From contig JAHDXH010000004.1 of the NCBI GenBank assembly GCA_023382875.1, forward strand, positions 1 through 63,643: DNA of 63,643 bases, written 5' to 3'. A model generated the notes under the pieces. That model did no database searches and had not been told where the DNA came from. It saw only the letters and a program-made list of their open reading frames with translations. The translations under genes were made by a program, and so were the position numbers. This document shows, piece after piece, positions 62,499 through 63,643 of this stretch. Source of the stretch: Patescibacteria group bacterium (GTDB taxonomy: Bacteria > Patescibacteriota > Microgenomatia > UBA1400 > PJMF01). How positions within the stretch are numbered: the first letter of the stretch is position 1; every line of letters begins with the position of its first letter.

Positions 62499-63632
62499 TT
62501 AAGCCACCCAATATCCTTGAACAAAAAGCATCGTATTTAAAATCAGTAATCCAAGGCTGATGGTCAAATATAGAATTTGCCATTTTTTTTGATTAATTAA
62601 ATTGGCCAAGACTAAATAAATAGGCCAAATTATCAAAATATATCTGGGTAAACTAGAAAAGGTGCCAGTTAAGGTTGGCACAAAAAACGCTCCCAAGCAA
62701 AAAATCAGCCAGCCAAAACTGATTTTTTTACTTGCTAGAAAGATTGATATTAAGACTAGGGTGCCAGCGACTGCTTCTTGAACATAGGCAAAATATTTGA
62801 AGTCGAAAGGTCGAGCAGTTAATAAAATTTTGACGTAACGCCAAACTACCTGTGGGTAGGTAACCAAAGATTCTTGGCGCCCACCACCAAATTCTGATTG
62901 AACATGAAGAAAATATAACGCGTCTTGGTAGCGAAGTTGAAGGTAGGTCATGTAGCTAAGAAGACCAAGTGAGCCGACAAGTAAAATAGCGAGTAAGTTT
63001 TTCCAATGAGAAGGAATTTTTTTAAATGCTGAAAATATTTTTTGTTTATTGAGTTGCCAAATCGTATTTTTTTCAAACAAAAATTCTGAAACCACTGTCA
63101 CAACGGCAAAAATACCAACAACTTTGGTGGCGCCGGCTAAGCCAGCCAAGACGGCAGCCAGCCACCATTTTTTATAATGAGTGGCCAAAAATGTTTGCAA
63201 AATTAAAATTAAAAACAAACTTTCGGTATAAAGTGCACCTAAGAAAAAACTGGTCGGGAAAGCTAAAAAAATGATTAAACTTAACCAAATTTTCTGGGGA
63301 TTAAATATTTTGGCAATTTGATAAAAACTAATTAAACTAGCAAAAGCCAAAACATTGCTAATGATTAAACCAGTTGCTACAGGATTATTAATAACATTTG
63401 CATATTTCACTAGCAAAGGAAATAGTGGGAAAAACGCCTGAATCAGACCGGTTCCAAAGTAGCCTTTGTTAATAATGGTCAAATAGTGAACGCCGTCAAA
63501 TCCCGCCCAAGCGGAAAGCCAGTGAGGTAAGCCATAACTACCTAGCTCGCTGGCGTAGGGGAAACTAGGAGCATAAGGAAAAAAATTGCCAGCCAAAAAA
63601 CCAACTATAAAAAGACTAACTCTCCAAGTCAA
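62499..63632 (-). CDS. Polytopic membrane protein, PIG-V-like mannosyltransferase candidate
   Basis: 377 aa with about 10 TM helices. The N-terminal WAGFDGVHYLTIINKGY resembles the W..wDa..Y..IA motif of PIG-V/GT-C mannosyltransferases. TTG start near the window edge. Confidence 0.6.
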   Translation of the reverse strand: MTWRVSLFIVGFLAGNFFPYAPSFPYASELGSYGLPHWLSAWAGFDGVHYLTIINKGYFGTGLIQAFFPLFPLLVKYANVINNPVATGLIISNVLAFASLISFYQIAKIFNPQKIWLSLIIFLAFPTSFFLGALYTESLFLILILQTFLATHYKKWWLAAVLAGLAGATKVVGIFAVVTVVSEFLFEKNTIWQLNKQKIFSAFKKIPSHWKNLLAILLVGSLGLLSYMTYLQLRYQDALYFLHVQSEFGGGRQESLVTYPQVVWRYVKILLTARPFDFKYFAYVQEAVAGTLVLISIFLASKKISFGWLIFCLGAFFVPTLTGTFSSLPRYILIIWPIYLVLANLINQKKWQILYLTISLGLLILNTMLFVQGYWVA

Positions 63633-63643
63633 AAATATAAAAA

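Noticed and set aside
1-63643. Diversity-generating retroelement, retron, prophage, CRISPR-Cas or restriction-modification loci, which are common accessory systems.
   Set aside because: No reverse transcriptase, Cas, phage structural, terminase or DNA methyltransferase/endonuclease motifs were recognised in any ORF. The two methyltransferases present are generic small-molecule/class I types without adjacent nucleases.

Overview
This is a 63.6-kb, AT-rich, gene-dense bacterial fragment with about 70 CDS and 2 tRNAs. I saw no rRNA, CRISPR array, transposase, integrase or reverse transcriptase. The gene content suggests a reduced-genome, Gram-positive-type organism, possibly CPR/Patescibacteria-like. 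That assignment is inference only, resting on the small, simple housekeeping genes, a sortase with an LCP envelope cluster, RNase J, GH57 and 2-oxoacid:ferredoxin oxidoreductase.

Layout:
- 1-15.5 kb is core housekeeping: a Lon-like AAA+ module, UDG, RNase J, FtsK, ComF, tRNA-Val, Dus, a DD-carboxypeptidase, GltX, YbeY and RpoD.
- About 15.7-25.8 kb, starting directly after tRNA-Asn (15628-15699), is an accessory block.
- The rest holds a TCS-MacAB efflux operon, a P-type ATPase, SOD, a cell-envelope/sortase cluster and KorAB.

The accessory block begins with the most interesting locus in the window. It is a very AT-rich cassette of four translationally coupled minus-strand genes (15730-18431):
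- a 55-aa TM peptide;
- a 181-aa helical protein;
- an ~86-aa small protein;
- a 580-aa SMC-like coiled-coil ABC ATPase of DUF2326 type.

This is the architecture of Lamassu/ABC-3C conflict systems, but no recognisable enzymatic effector is present. A divergent PemK-like ORF lies beside it behind a perfect 9-bp inverted repeat.

Other notable observations:
- recurrent leaderless-type promoters, with an extended -10 box 6-8 nt from the ATG;
- a 19-nt element identical at two promoters;
- a homopolymer frameshift in a DUF1801 gene;
- a GC-rich foreign-looking ORF;
- a protease-less Lon module;
- a large protein with a duplicated metallophosphoesterase-like domain;
- a sortase/substrate pair with a non-LPXTG signal.
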